A stretch of DNA of 64,000 nucleotides, taken from IMG/VR virus record IMGVR_UViG_3300036823_000386. One strand, 5' to 3'. Position 1 is the stretch's first letter; every line of letters begins with the position of its first letter. The DNA is from an uncultured virus (IMG/VR IMGVR_UViG_3300036823_000386). Its lineage: Duplodnaviria; Heunggongvirae; Uroviricota; Caudoviricetes. The notes beneath the pieces are model-generated. The model saw only the letters and a program-made list of their open reading frames with translations, was not told the origin of the DNA and did no database searches. This document shows positions 1-9,971 of this stretch, one piece after another. A program made the position numbers and the translations under genes.

Positions 1-336
1 GTGCTTAACCCAAAATTTCAATGGCTCTTGCATGAGCCGAAGCGAGTGGATGGCGTGTCGCCGTTGTGGACGATTGAAACGGTGGCGAGGGAGATTGTGA
101 TCAATCGCTCGCGGCTGACGGAAATTTTCAACAACAAGCCGCATCGGGGCGGGAAGTCGCGGCCCAGGATCGTGGCATTTTTCAAGCGGCAGTTTCCCAA
201 GACGTGGCCGGCGATTTTGGAAACGCTCGGCTGGGACGAGCGGGGAAATTTATTAACGGGGCCAACGCGGCGAAGGATTGACGTGGCGCGAAAAATTCGG
301 CGGACCCGGAAGTTGCACGTGCAACATTCCACATAG
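1..336 (+). CDS. Small putative HTH DNA-binding protein (Cro-like; may be 5'-truncated)
   Basis: WTIETVAREIVINRSRLTEIFN resembles an HTH; first gene of the + arm; starts at window edge. Confidence 0.4.
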   Translation: MLNPKFQWLLHEPKRVDGVSPLWTIETVAREIVINRSRLTEIFNNKPHRGGKSRPRIVAFFKRQFPKTWPAILETLGWDERGNLLTGPTRRRIDVARKIRRTRKLHVQHST

Positions 337-340
337 AACA

Positions 341-937
341 GTGAGCGAACCAGCCAAACAACTGACGACGGGCATCTGCGATAAATGCGGAGAGCCGTTT
401 GATTATCTGCGCGGGCGGAAACGGCGTCTCTTTTGCCCCCGTTGTTTGGTGGAAAACAACCGCGATTCCAAGACGCGGCATCGCAAGTCGCGAGAGTTGG
501 GCGACTCGAAGCTTCAAGCCTGCGCGAAACGGCCAATGGGAGCCTCCTACCGTCCGCATCGAGCCAAAGCGGCAAAGCGTTGCTACGACCCGACCGATGC
601 GGTGGCGAAGATGTCCACGGAAGAAATAGCCCGGCGGGAAGGTGTATCGGCGCAGGCGATACAGAAAACCCTGCAAAAAGCGCTGGGGATGATTCGGAAA
701 TCGCCGGAATTGAAAAACCTTTGGGCGTTGTTCACCGAGGAAGGGCGGCCGGTGCCGAAGGCGGAAACCGATTACGGCGAGCAGATACTGGAATGGCAGC
801 TTGAATTGGCGCGCTGGTATGAGCTTTACGAACAGATCAATGAGCCGGAAACGCAGGAAGAGGCGGCGGCCGTGCTGGCGGAAATCCAGAAATTCAGCGA
901 ACGCATTGGGGTGTTGATCGAAAAATTCAGAAACTAA
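341..937 (+). CDS. Zn-finger plus sigma70 region-4-like HTH regulator
   Basis: CDKC...CPRC and MSTEEIARREGVSAQAIQKTLQKALGMIRK; GTG at 341 in frame with track ORF 278..937. Confidence 0.6.
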   Translation: MSEPAKQLTTGICDKCGEPFDYLRGRKRRLFCPRCLVENNRDSKTRHRKSRELGDSKLQACAKRPMGASYRPHRAKAAKRCYDPTDAVAKMSTEEIARREGVSAQAIQKTLQKALGMIRKSPELKNLWALFTEEGRPVPKAETDYGEQILEWQLELARWYELYEQINEPETQEEAAAVLAEIQKFSERIGVLIEKFRN

Positions 938-3933
938 TGAGCACTAAAAATATATCGGTTCAGGTGCAGATTGCGACTCAGCCGCGGATGTTTCCGGGCG
1001 CGACCGCGCAATCCCCGGCGCAGTTTGTGACGCAATCGCTGGCGGGTTCGTTTTCCTGGGGAACGCAGCCGGGCACGGCGACGATTGTGTATATCGCGCC
1101 GACCGCAAATTGGGTGGTGGCGACGGGCGCGCTGTTGACGATGACCATCGGCGCGCATTTTTTTGCCGGGGTGTGCATCAGCGACGTGGAGAACCAAGGG
1201 AGCGCGGAGGGATTGATTCGGACGCTCCAGTTTAAAGACCTGCGGGAGTTTTTGCAGTGGGATTACACGTATTGCGCGTTCAACAAGCCGGACGTGATCC
1301 TGGTCAATGGCAGGCGCATCAAACGCTATAAGCATGTTTACCCGGCCGATTTTAATACGCTGACCTGGACCTATACCAACTCTCCATTGGAAGCGTGGGA
1401 AATCATCAACGCGATCCTGGGCTATAAAGCGTTCGGTCTGTTGGGCGGAGTCGTGGGCGGAACGGTGGGGTCGCCGTGGGCTTGGGACCTGACGGGGTTG
1501 GGATTGTTTCCCGAGGGGGTGTTTAATTTTCCCATTTACGATTACGACTGTCTCAACGGGAAGCGGCTGGACGCGGTGATGAGCGATTTTTCCGAGCGGT
1601 CGGGCTGTGTGATGGGATTGGCCAGTTCGCCGGAGTTGCCCTACGTGCTCACATTTACGCGCAAGGGTTATGGTGTGACGATAGACTTCCCGGAAAATTC
1701 AGACAATCGGCGGAGCGGGTTTGCGTTGAGCGGGCATCCAACGAACGTGCGCATACTGGGCGACCGGAATTTATATCAGGTCATGGGCGTGCCGATGCAG
1801 GCGGACTGGGCGAGCGGGTGGGAACAATTTTTGGTATTCGAGCAATTTGCGGATGACATTTATCACCGTGCCACCAATCCGTTGACGGCGGCGACTTACG
1901 ATCAAACGCCGAATGATCCCGAGGGTTATATCGGGCGACAACTGGCGACGGCGGCGGCGCTCTCGATGACGGTGCAGCAGTATGTGGATTTGCGGAATGC
2001 GACTTCCCAGGACGGCGCGCAGTTCGTGGATGGGCGCAAATTCGCGGCGAGGTTCCGCATGGATATGCCGGCGGCGCTTTACATTTCCACGCTGTTGTGG
2101 CGAGCGTTCCGGCCGGCGGACAGTTTCACCTTTTACAATGCGGTGCTCGCGAATAATTCGGTGCCGAATGGGGGAGGCGCTCCGCTGGGGCTGGGGTTGC
2201 AAGTGCCGCTGCCATCCCTGGACATCGCGGACAAACTGCTGTGCAAAGTGTTTCAAAACGACCCGACGTCGGGGTTGATGAATTTTGACGTGACCACGCC
2301 GAGCGACGGCAATGGTTTCGCCATTGCCAAGGGTTACATGGTGGGGGCGGATTTGTTCAAGAGCATCTCGAGTTCGCAGTTCAGTTTGAACTTTTTCAAG
2401 AACGCGAGCGCGGTGTGGCAGCATGTTCCGTTTCAGATTGACGATTCGGGCGAGGAAGTGCGGTTCATCATTTTTGACGAACCGGTGATCCTTTCGGAAA
2501 ACCTGATCGTGGCGGTCAATGGATACAATGTCATCAATGCGCAGGCCACGCTTTCCGTGCCGCCGGTAAATGCCACGCTGACCTTCGAGGCGGAACGGTT
2601 TTCGTATATCCAGGGCACGTATCCCGATGTGAGCAAAGACAGCGTGGAAAATGTTGGCGGGTTGAATTTGGAGGCGGTGGTTTCGAGCGACGGTTACACG
2701 GAAGTGCCTTATGCGGACGGCACGAGCGCCTTCACCAAGGCCAGCGTCATCGCGACGAATCTGTTGCTCCGGCAATACATTTACAGCGAGGGCGGCTTGA
2801 GACTGATTTACGATCCGCGGACGGCGATCAATTCCTTTGGCACGCCCTTGAGCAGCCTGACGGACCGCGTTCAAATCGAGACGAGTCCGAAGGGTGGCAC
2901 GTTTGAAGTGGTGGACCTGACCAACGAGCGGACGCGCGACACATTCGAGCCGGAGCGCGAACTCGACCGCAAGACGCAATCAAACAGTCTTTTTCCCGGG
3001 CAGGCGGAGTTGCGGATTCAGGCGGAGTACGCGCGCAAGCTCGCCTCGGCGTTCCGCCAGTTGCCGGGCATCCGCAAGGCGTTGAGCGATTTGATCGCGG
3101 GGCAGTTGGGCAATGACCAGCCGCTGACGCTCACGTGGCTGGTTCCGGTGTTGAACGCCACCTTGCCGGTGGGAACGGTATTGCGGCGGGCCCAAACGAT
3201 GCCGGGAACTCCGAATACCAATACAGTTCCCGTGCCGCCTGCGCTCGTGCAGGCCGCGCACAATATTTTTATGGGCGTGACCGTTCGCGACGCGGAAAAC
3301 GGAGCGAAGCCATTTCGCGTGCAGAGCACCGGTCGCGCGCTCGCGCTGGTGCAGGGGCCGGTGAACAATGGCGATCCGGTGGGATTGAGCGACGGTTCAA
3401 CGAGCAATAACTGTCTCGTGAAAAATGGAACGACGCCGGTCGGGATTGTGCGGCAGGACATCGCGGGAAGCGCTGTGACGCTGGTGGAAGTGGACTTGGG
3501 CGTGGGCGGCGCGGGAACGCCCGCGGTTACGGTGCAGAAATTTTACTACGTGAGTTCGGACAAGGATTTCATCACGGCGCAAATGGTTTCGGGCGACGTC
3601 CGCACCAATACCAAGATCGCGAAGCCGCCGGCGTTGCGAGGATCCATTGCGAGCAAGACGATTGACGCCGGGTCGGGGCCGGTCACGTGGTTATACAAAT
3701 ATCAAACATTTCAAAACAGTTGGGATTCGCGGGCGGCTCAAGTGGAGGGGCAAGGTCTTCAATATTATCAGCGCATTTCGCCGCCGTGGCTGGCTTCGCC
3801 CAATGAAAACAACCTCGGCTCCATTATCATAGCGGACCTCATCGGCGGCTCGACGGGGATTCCGGGAGTTGGCTGGCAGGCGCGGGCTGATGGCCGGGCC
3901 TGGGCGAACAAGAAAGACCAATCCACACCCTGA
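937..3933 (+). CDS. Large virion protein, probable tail-tip/hub protein with a capsid-cement (DUF2190-like) domain near the C-terminus
   Basis: 998 aa, beta-rich; FMGVTVRDA...RVQSTGRALALVQGPVNNGDPVG...PVGIVRQD resembles decoration domains; start overlaps upstream stop. Confidence 0.5.
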   Translation: MSTKNISVQVQIATQPRMFPGATAQSPAQFVTQSLAGSFSWGTQPGTATIVYIAPTANWVVATGALLTMTIGAHFFAGVCISDVENQGSAEGLIRTLQFKDLREFLQWDYTYCAFNKPDVILVNGRRIKRYKHVYPADFNTLTWTYTNSPLEAWEIINAILGYKAFGLLGGVVGGTVGSPWAWDLTGLGLFPEGVFNFPIYDYDCLNGKRLDAVMSDFSERSGCVMGLASSPELPYVLTFTRKGYGVTIDFPENSDNRRSGFALSGHPTNVRILGDRNLYQVMGVPMQADWASGWEQFLVFEQFADDIYHRATNPLTAATYDQTPNDPEGYIGRQLATAAALSMTVQQYVDLRNATSQDGAQFVDGRKFAARFRMDMPAALYISTLLWRAFRPADSFTFYNAVLANNSVPNGGGAPLGLGLQVPLPSLDIADKLLCKVFQNDPTSGLMNFDVTTPSDGNGFAIAKGYMVGADLFKSISSSQFSLNFFKNASAVWQHVPFQIDDSGEEVRFIIFDEPVILSENLIVAVNGYNVINAQATLSVPPVNATLTFEAERFSYIQGTYPDVSKDSVENVGGLNLEAVVSSDGYTEVPYADGTSAFTKASVIATNLLLRQYIYSEGGLRLIYDPRTAINSFGTPLSSLTDRVQIETSPKGGTFEVVDLTNERTRDTFEPERELDRKTQSNSLFPGQAELRIQAEYARKLASAFRQLPGIRKALSDLIAGQLGNDQPLTLTWLVPVLNATLPVGTVLRRAQTMPGTPNTNTVPVPPALVQAAHNIFMGVTVRDAENGAKPFRVQSTGRALALVQGPVNNGDPVGLSDGSTSNNCLVKNGTTPVGIVRQDIAGSAVTLVEVDLGVGGAGTPAVTVQKFYYVSSDKDFITAQMVSGDVRTNTKIAKPPALRGSIASKTIDAGSGPVTWLYKYQTFQNSWDSRAAQVEGQGLQYYQRISPPWLASPNENNLGSIIIADLIGGSTGIPGVGWQARADGRAWANKKDQSTP

Positions 3934-3934
3934 T

Positions 3935-5164
3935 ATGAACCCACCGGTTTACGATACAGGCGATTTCGATTCGGCGGATGATCCGGGAACCTCCGATTTT
4001 GAGACCGACTTGAATATGGACCGGAACAAGGCCATTCCCGACGTGAGGATCCTGGCGCGGACGGTGTATGGGTTTGGCGGCTCGGTTGGCTTTCAATCCT
4101 TCAATGATGGCACGGGAACGCAGTCGCAGGCTGAACTATACAAAGTCTGGGGAAAACGAAGCATCACGAATAATAATTCGCAGGGGAAAATTTATTATGA
4201 GTTGCCGGCGGGAACGGTGGCTTACACGCATGCGCTTCCGGCCACGAATGCCTATCAATTCGATTCAGCCACGAACGTGCCCAAAGCGGACATGGAAATT
4301 CCTGGTGTTGATTTCCTCATATTCGATTTTACGGCCAACACGATCACGGCGCCGCCGGTCACCACGTGGACCATCACGGACGGCGCGCAAAATTCCGCCG
4401 GGGAGGATGAGGCGGCACAGGGATTAACCGAAGGCGGGGGTTTTTTCCGGGCGAATACGACCACGAAAACCGCGACAGTGGTTCATACTTTTTGGGATCC
4501 CAATTCGCCAAATATCCATAACCCTCCTGACGGCAATCTCGCATTAGACCCATTGGGGCCGGGCGATGTCACCTTTGATATTCTCGTGGAGAACAGCGAT
4601 GAAATTCCGCTGAGTATCCTGAGTGATCCACTGATTGCGGCGCTCACAAAGTTCGATTTCACCACATTGCTTTGGCAGCAATCCACCCAACTGAACCTGA
4701 ATCGTTGGGGGGATGGCGATGGCAGTGAGGTGGCTGGAATAGAAGATGTGGACCTGACCACGATAGATTTTTCCCAGTGGGACGGAAAAATAATTCCTGG
4801 CGGCGGCGGGCAAGGACCTTCTTTTGGGGCGGACGCCTACGGCTTTAGCTTTCCCAATGCCGGCCTGTTGGGAGAAAACCAGTTTGGCGGCGTGAATGAG
4901 ACGGCCCAAGGGAGATGGTTTGGCGCGCGCACACAGGTTTTGTTTCTGACGGCCGGAGTGAAATATACGGTAACGAGGGTTGACATTGGGTCTGACACGC
5001 TGCCGCGTAACTCGACGATTGTGTCTCAAGGGGTTTCCAAATTTGGCCAGGTCATAGATTTGAACCCGGCTTCGGAATGGACGCCGCCCGCCTATGATTC
5101 GCCTTACCCTTTCGATCAGCCGTTTTTGTGCGGGCTCGGTTATCAGGTGAACATTCTACCCTAA
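3935..5164 (+). CDS. Putative minor tail/virion protein
   Basis: ATG 1 nt after upstream stop; acidic G/T/D/N-rich. Confidence 0.4.
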   Translation: MNPPVYDTGDFDSADDPGTSDFETDLNMDRNKAIPDVRILARTVYGFGGSVGFQSFNDGTGTQSQAELYKVWGKRSITNNNSQGKIYYELPAGTVAYTHALPATNAYQFDSATNVPKADMEIPGVDFLIFDFTANTITAPPVTTWTITDGAQNSAGEDEAAQGLTEGGGFFRANTTTKTATVVHTFWDPNSPNIHNPPDGNLALDPLGPGDVTFDILVENSDEIPLSILSDPLIAALTKFDFTTLLWQQSTQLNLNRWGDGDGSEVAGIEDVDLTTIDFSQWDGKIIPGGGGQGPSFGADAYGFSFPNAGLLGENQFGGVNETAQGRWFGARTQVLFLTAGVKYTVTRVDIGSDTLPRNSTIVSQGVSKFGQVIDLNPASEWTPPAYDSPYPFDQPFLCGLGYQVNILP

Positions 5165-5165
5165 T

Positions 5166-5906
5166 ATGGAAATCAAAATAACTGCGGATTTGGAGAGCTT
5201 GCCGGAGTTTCGCTTGCTCAATCATGCGATTGATAGCGCGCGGAATAAAAATGACGGTTCGGTTGTTGCGCTGGCGATGGTCGTGCGGCTATATCGGGAA
5301 CTGGCGTATCATGCGCAGACGACGAACCGCGCCGGATGGCTTAACCGTCCCGGCGTGATTTTGTTTGGGAATAGTTGCCTGACGTGGTTCGGAGACCTTG
5401 AGGCGGTGAAACTCCTGGAGGAATCGGGCTGGCTTAAAAAGGAGGCCGAAGGCAACGGGTATCTGTGCGAATCGTTTGCGCGGCTCAATGCGAACCTGGC
5501 TTCCGACTTTCGGTCGCGCGAGGAGAAGGGGGCGATGGCGAGCGCGCTCTCGCGCAACCGGCATCGCATTTCCCACGAGGCGCATCAACAGGCGAGCCTG
5601 TTGCCGGCGGAGATTTATCGGCGCGAAAATGGAACGGTCATCGAGCAGCCGAAGATTATCCGGCTGCATACGGTGATCAAGACGATTGATTATGCGCTGA
5701 AGCTGCCATCGCGCAGCGGGACGAGTTACACGCCGGGGTTGATCGCGGACGCGGCGGCGGCGGTGGAATCGCGGACGGAAGAGGAGATGCGGGAATTCTA
5801 TTTGTGGCTGGCGATGAACCGGGAAAATCCCGCGGTGCCGAAAACGGCGGAACAAATTCTCGCAAACTTTTCCGGGGTGTTTGCGATGCAGAGGGCTAGC
5901 GTATGA
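5166..5906 (+). CDS. Hypothetical protein, possibly replication-initiator-like
   Basis: N-terminus IKITADLESLPEFRLL...ALAMVVRLY loosely resembles phage replisome-organiser wHTH domains. Confidence 0.35.
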   Translation: MEIKITADLESLPEFRLLNHAIDSARNKNDGSVVALAMVVRLYRELAYHAQTTNRAGWLNRPGVILFGNSCLTWFGDLEAVKLLEESGWLKKEAEGNGYLCESFARLNANLASDFRSREEKGAMASALSRNRHRISHEAHQQASLLPAEIYRRENGTVIEQPKIIRLHTVIKTIDYALKLPSRSGTSYTPGLIADAAAAVESRTEEEMREFYLWLAMNRENPAVPKTAEQILANFSGVFAMQRASV

Positions 5907-5925
5907 AATCAAATTGAAGGAAAAA

Positions 5926-6174
5926 ATGAGTAACAATGAAGCAGCATTTGAAGAATGGTGGAACCGAGCAGGTAGGTTTTACGATCCCGACACATCCGAC
6001 GTGCCTTGGGAAGACAAGCGCAAAGCGCTTGCAGAATTGGCATTTGATACTGCCACAGCGCAAAGCAGAAACTACACAGCCGATAAGGAACAAAATCCGA
6101 CCCAGGTTGAATTCTCAAATGGGCGAGTTGTGGGCGTTTCAAACGGGATACTTGTAGTCCGATTAAAATCATAA
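5926..6174 (+). CDS. Hypothetical protein
   Basis: MSNNEAAFEEWW...; tight packing with neighbours. Confidence 0.55.
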   Translation: MSNNEAAFEEWWNRAGRFYDPDTSDVPWEDKRKALAELAFDTATAQSRNYTADKEQNPTQVEFSNGRVVGVSNGILVVRLKS

Positions 6175-7457
6175 TGAAAAATAAAAAAAAGAGCGGGGAG
6201 GAGTCGGCTGACCTGCTGAGCGGGGAGTTGGGAAGTGGAGTGACGCATCTTCCGCCATCACTGCACCTGACCGACGAGGAAAAGGCGAAGGCAGTCCGCG
6301 CCGCCCTGCCGCCCATTCTCGAATATACACCGTTAGGAGAAAGAATTCCCTGGCGGGTGGAGTTGTTTGAATTATTTGCGGCGGAGTTTCAGATTGCGGC
6401 GTCGAGTGAATTGCCAAAAGTGCTGGTGGAATTTCACGAGCTGGGGTTGCAGCATTCGCGGCCTTGGCTCATTTGCCGGAGGATATTCGGCATTGGGCCG
6501 GTGATACCCTCGCCAGACGCGCACCCGGACGATTTGCGGCCGCATACGCGCAAGGAATTGGGCGAGACGATGGGCATCACGGGGGAAGAATTGCAAGCGG
6601 AGCTGGACGCTTTACGGGCGATATGGTCCAACGCAATGCGGAGTTTGGAGTGCGGAGGGGGGAACGAAGAAACGAGAAAGGAGGAAGGGCCGCAACCGGC
6701 GCTGGCCTTTGCGGACAATGTGCTGCGGGATTTTGGGTTTAGCGAGGAGATGTTCAGAGTCTCAAGCTGGAACGCGGAGACGAAACAGACCGTCAACCGG
6801 CCAGCGGAAGACAATCGCATTGAGCGGGATTGGTTTTGTTCAAGGCTGGAAAGTTGGCGCAAGCCGCTGGCGGAGCAAGTGGGTGGCGCGCTCGCGCGCG
6901 AGGCGCTGATGAATGAATTGTATCTGCGCCGGTTCAGCGCGGACATGATGAAGCTTTCGCCGGGGTCGAAACAATTTCGCGAGCTTTACGACCTGAAGAA
7001 ACAGATCGAAACGAATCTCCAGGAGCAGTTGATGGAGCTTCAGGAAATGTACCCGGAAATGTCCATCCAAAGCCGCCAATCGTTTCGGGGCGTGATCAGC
7101 GACCTGAACCTGGCGCATCGCAATTATTATTCGACGGGGGACCGCAAGCTCGTGGACCGCGTGAACACCGCTACCGAGGTCGAAATTCTTTTGCGACAGA
7201 GCGTGCAATCACCGGCGCCGCGGTATCGCATGGGATTGAATATCGCGATCGTGGAAGCGATGCACAACCTTTACGACCCGAATTTCCGCAGCCAATTCAA
7301 GCCAAAGATTTTGAAAAAGCTGGATGCGGGTTTTCGCGCGGCGGTGGTCGCGATGCAGGAGGCGCAAAAGGAACCGCTGGTGGATTTGCAAAACGGCGTG
7401 ATGCCGGGTGAGGGGGACGATTTCGAAGATCTATTGGAGCCAAAAAATGAAAAATAA
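6174..7457 (+). CDS. Hypothetical helical protein, possible terminase small subunit/packaging factor
   Basis: HTH-like TRKELGETMGITGEEL; lies two genes upstream of TerL. Confidence 0.35.
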   Translation: MKNKKKSGEESADLLSGELGSGVTHLPPSLHLTDEEKAKAVRAALPPILEYTPLGERIPWRVELFELFAAEFQIAASSELPKVLVEFHELGLQHSRPWLICRRIFGIGPVIPSPDAHPDDLRPHTRKELGETMGITGEELQAELDALRAIWSNAMRSLECGGGNEETRKEEGPQPALAFADNVLRDFGFSEEMFRVSSWNAETKQTVNRPAEDNRIERDWFCSRLESWRKPLAEQVGGALAREALMNELYLRRFSADMMKLSPGSKQFRELYDLKKQIETNLQEQLMELQEMYPEMSIQSRQSFRGVISDLNLAHRNYYSTGDRKLVDRVNTATEVEILLRQSVQSPAPRYRMGLNIAIVEAMHNLYDPNFRSQFKPKILKKLDAGFRAAVVAMQEAQKEPLVDLQNGVMPGEGDDFEDLLEPKNEK

Positions 7458-7719
7458 AAAAGTCAACGTGGATGGGTTGAAGGTCAAAGCCGTGGGGCCC
7501 ATGCAGAGGTCGGGGAAAAAGAAACCGGTGTTGTTTCTAACGTGCGCGGATAAGCCGCCGAAAGGTTCAAAGCAGCTTATGATTCAGGTTTCGCGGGAGG
7601 AAATGCACGCGCTGGGCGCGGTTTTGAAGCGGCCGCCGCTGATGGCGGGCACGCATGCGATTCATTTGAAATCCCTGGCGCAAACCATCTGCCGGCAGTG
7701 GTTGTTCGGAAAATATTAA
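7447..7719 (+). CDS. Hypothetical basic protein
   Basis: ATG 7447 overlaps upstream stop; abuts TerL. Confidence 0.5.
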   Translation: MKNKKVNVDGLKVKAVGPMQRSGKKKPVLFLTCADKPPKGSKQLMIQVSREEMHALGAVLKRPPLMAGTHAIHLKSLAQTICRQWLFGKY

Positions 7720-7720
7720 A

Positions 7721-9586
7721 TTGATGGATGTGCTCGTTCCCAGTTCGCCGAAGCGGTTGAGAATCACCCCGACAATGGTGGATGATTTCCTGATTGATCC
7801 AGTTTTGGCAGCGCGGATTTTGTTGTCCATCACGTTCGATGCCTTTCAGGCGGCGGCGTTCCGCATTCTCTGGTGGGTTCCGAATGTGATTGATGAATCG
7901 GGTTTCGGCACTGGAAAATCTTTGCGCTTGTGGGCGGTGCAGCAGCTTCGCGCGATGCTGATCGAGGAGCAATGGTTATGCGCTTATTACCAGACGTTCG
8001 AGGCGGGCAAGTCCATCTATTGGCCGAACTACAACACGCGGATGGGGGCGAACCCATACTTTCGCGCGCAGTTGGGCAAGACTGATTTTGAGGGTGACAA
8101 GGACGGTAAAGACAACAGCAAAGGCCCGGCCTGTTATTCGCAGCATTTTAAAAATGGATCGGTGGTGAGGATGCCCGCGCCAAATTGGTTGCAGAATGCC
8201 ATCGGCCAAGCCGGGTTGACGATGAACGGCGTGGTCATTGACGAATGGACCAAGGTGGAGACGATGGGGAAAAAGAAAGGGGAAAGCACGACTTACAATC
8301 AAGCGGGGGCGGTGACCGGCGGCATCAACCAGCAAATCCTCGGGCGCTTGCGCAAGGCGAATTTTAACCAGCATCATTTGTTGTGGAAGAACCGGGTGAT
8401 TTTTTCCGCGACGGCGGAACATACGAACCATCCTTCGCAGGCGCGCGTGGCGCAGTTCGAGCGGGAAATCGCGGCGGGCAATCCCGAGTACGCGATTATT
8501 TCGTTCTCATTCAAAGACGCGTCGAATTTAAAGAGCCACACCGGGAAACCGTTCAAGGAACAGATCATTGACTGGGGCGCGATTTCGCGCATGCACAAGC
8601 AATTCACGCCGTCGCATTTTTTGCGGGAGGGCCTGGGCATCCGCCGGCGCGAAACGACGGGTTGGTATTCCGAGGACAAGGTCGGCGCTTGCGTGAAGGT
8701 GGGCGAGCGGAATGATTTGCAGCCGATTTTGAACCGCGAAAAGTTGACGCGTTTCAATGAGATCAGCCAGGCGCTGACTTTTTATTTCATGGGCATTGAC
8801 CCGGCGCCGGCGCGCGGGACGAAGTCGGACGACGGCGCGATGGCCATCCTGCGCGTGCGTCCGCGACCGGGTGTCAAAGAGCCATCGAAGACGGCGAGCG
8901 ATTGGCTGTGTGAATTCGTGTGGGCTTATCGTTTGCGCGGCGCGACGGCGAGCCAGTGGAGCGCGTTCATCCATAAGCAGCACCGGCATTTTGGTCTCGC
9001 CGGGATCTGCATGGACGCCCAAGGCGGCGGCATCTGGATCAACGACGAGATGATCAAGGAAGAGCAGATAATTGATGGGATCAAAACGCGGTGCGTGCCG
9101 ATCGCGTGCATCGAGGACCTGGAACGCACCGGTCCGAACGTGCAACAGATCCTCACGATGTATCGGCGGCGAGATCCGGGCATTCAAAGTTTGTGGCCGC
9201 ATTTGGCGGGCGAGGACGTGCTTTATGAAGCGATGCACAATGTCTTCCAAGAGGCGGTGGTGTATCAATCGGTGAGCTGGCCCAAGCCGTATAACGAACG
9301 GCAGCGGGAAGAGACATTGGCGTGGCCGGAGGAAAAGCAATGGGCGTTGCGCACGCTGGACGCGGGCCGGGGGCAGTTGGTGAATTTGCAAGTGGCGGTG
9401 AATCAGGACGGGACGTTTGCGCTGACGGCGAAGGGCGCGAAACAGTTCAGCGCAGGCGGGAAGAAGAAGGATTTGGCTTACGCGCAGATTTACGCGTATG
9501 TGCGCTTTCTGGTGTGGCTGCAAATGGCCGAGTGGGAATTTGCGGATGGTGCGGGCGGGAATGGTGAATGGGGAAGTGTGATGTAA
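7721..9586 (+). CDS. terL: Terminase large subunit
   Basis: Walker A SGFGTGKS, Walker B VVIDEW, motif III FSAT, RNase H-like nuclease motif YFMGIDPA...SDDGAM, C-terminal KKDLAYA. Confidence 0.85.
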   Translation: MMDVLVPSSPKRLRITPTMVDDFLIDPVLAARILLSITFDAFQAAAFRILWWVPNVIDESGFGTGKSLRLWAVQQLRAMLIEEQWLCAYYQTFEAGKSIYWPNYNTRMGANPYFRAQLGKTDFEGDKDGKDNSKGPACYSQHFKNGSVVRMPAPNWLQNAIGQAGLTMNGVVIDEWTKVETMGKKKGESTTYNQAGAVTGGINQQILGRLRKANFNQHHLLWKNRVIFSATAEHTNHPSQARVAQFEREIAAGNPEYAIISFSFKDASNLKSHTGKPFKEQIIDWGAISRMHKQFTPSHFLREGLGIRRRETTGWYSEDKVGACVKVGERNDLQPILNREKLTRFNEISQALTFYFMGIDPAPARGTKSDDGAMAILRVRPRPGVKEPSKTASDWLCEFVWAYRLRGATASQWSAFIHKQHRHFGLAGICMDAQGGGIWINDEMIKEEQIIDGIKTRCVPIACIEDLERTGPNVQQILTMYRRRDPGIQSLWPHLAGEDVLYEAMHNVFQEAVVYQSVSWPKPYNERQREETLAWPEEKQWALRTLDAGRGQLVNLQVAVNQDGTFALTAKGAKQFSAGGKKKDLAYAQIYAYVRFLVWLQMAEWEFADGAGGNGEWGSVM

Positions 9587-9596
9587 GGAGGAGAGC

Positions 9597-9971
9597 ATGG
9601 AAATTCAAGAATTTAAAAAACTTATGAATTGGCGGATCAGCCAATACAAATTTTCTTTTCAAACGGAGATGCAGCTTCAGGAGGAGATTGCCAAAATGTT
9701 GACTCGGGAAGGCGTGCCTTTTCTTAGAGAGTTCCGACTGAGCGATGCCGACCGGCCTGATTTTGTGGTTTCATTGGTGTATCCAAGATTGGTCGCGCTT
9801 GAAGTTAAGATTGCCGGCGGAGTGAATGGACACTTGCGACAGCTCCGCCGATATGCGGAATCCGAGCGCATTGCCGGAACCTTCCTGCTTTGCCCGAAAC
9901 CGTATCCACTTCCCGAAACGCTTTCAGGGAAACCATGCGCTTGCCTGCCATTGTGGACCAGCATGCTATGA
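9597..9971 (+). CDS. PD-(D/E)XK nuclease-like protein
   Basis: REFRL...RPDFVV...VALEVKI...QLRRY. Confidence 0.7.
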   Translation: MEIQEFKKLMNWRISQYKFSFQTEMQLQEEIAKMLTREGVPFLREFRLSDADRPDFVVSLVYPRLVALEVKIAGGVNGHLRQLRRYAESERIAGTFLLCPKPYPLPETLSGKPCACLPLWTSML

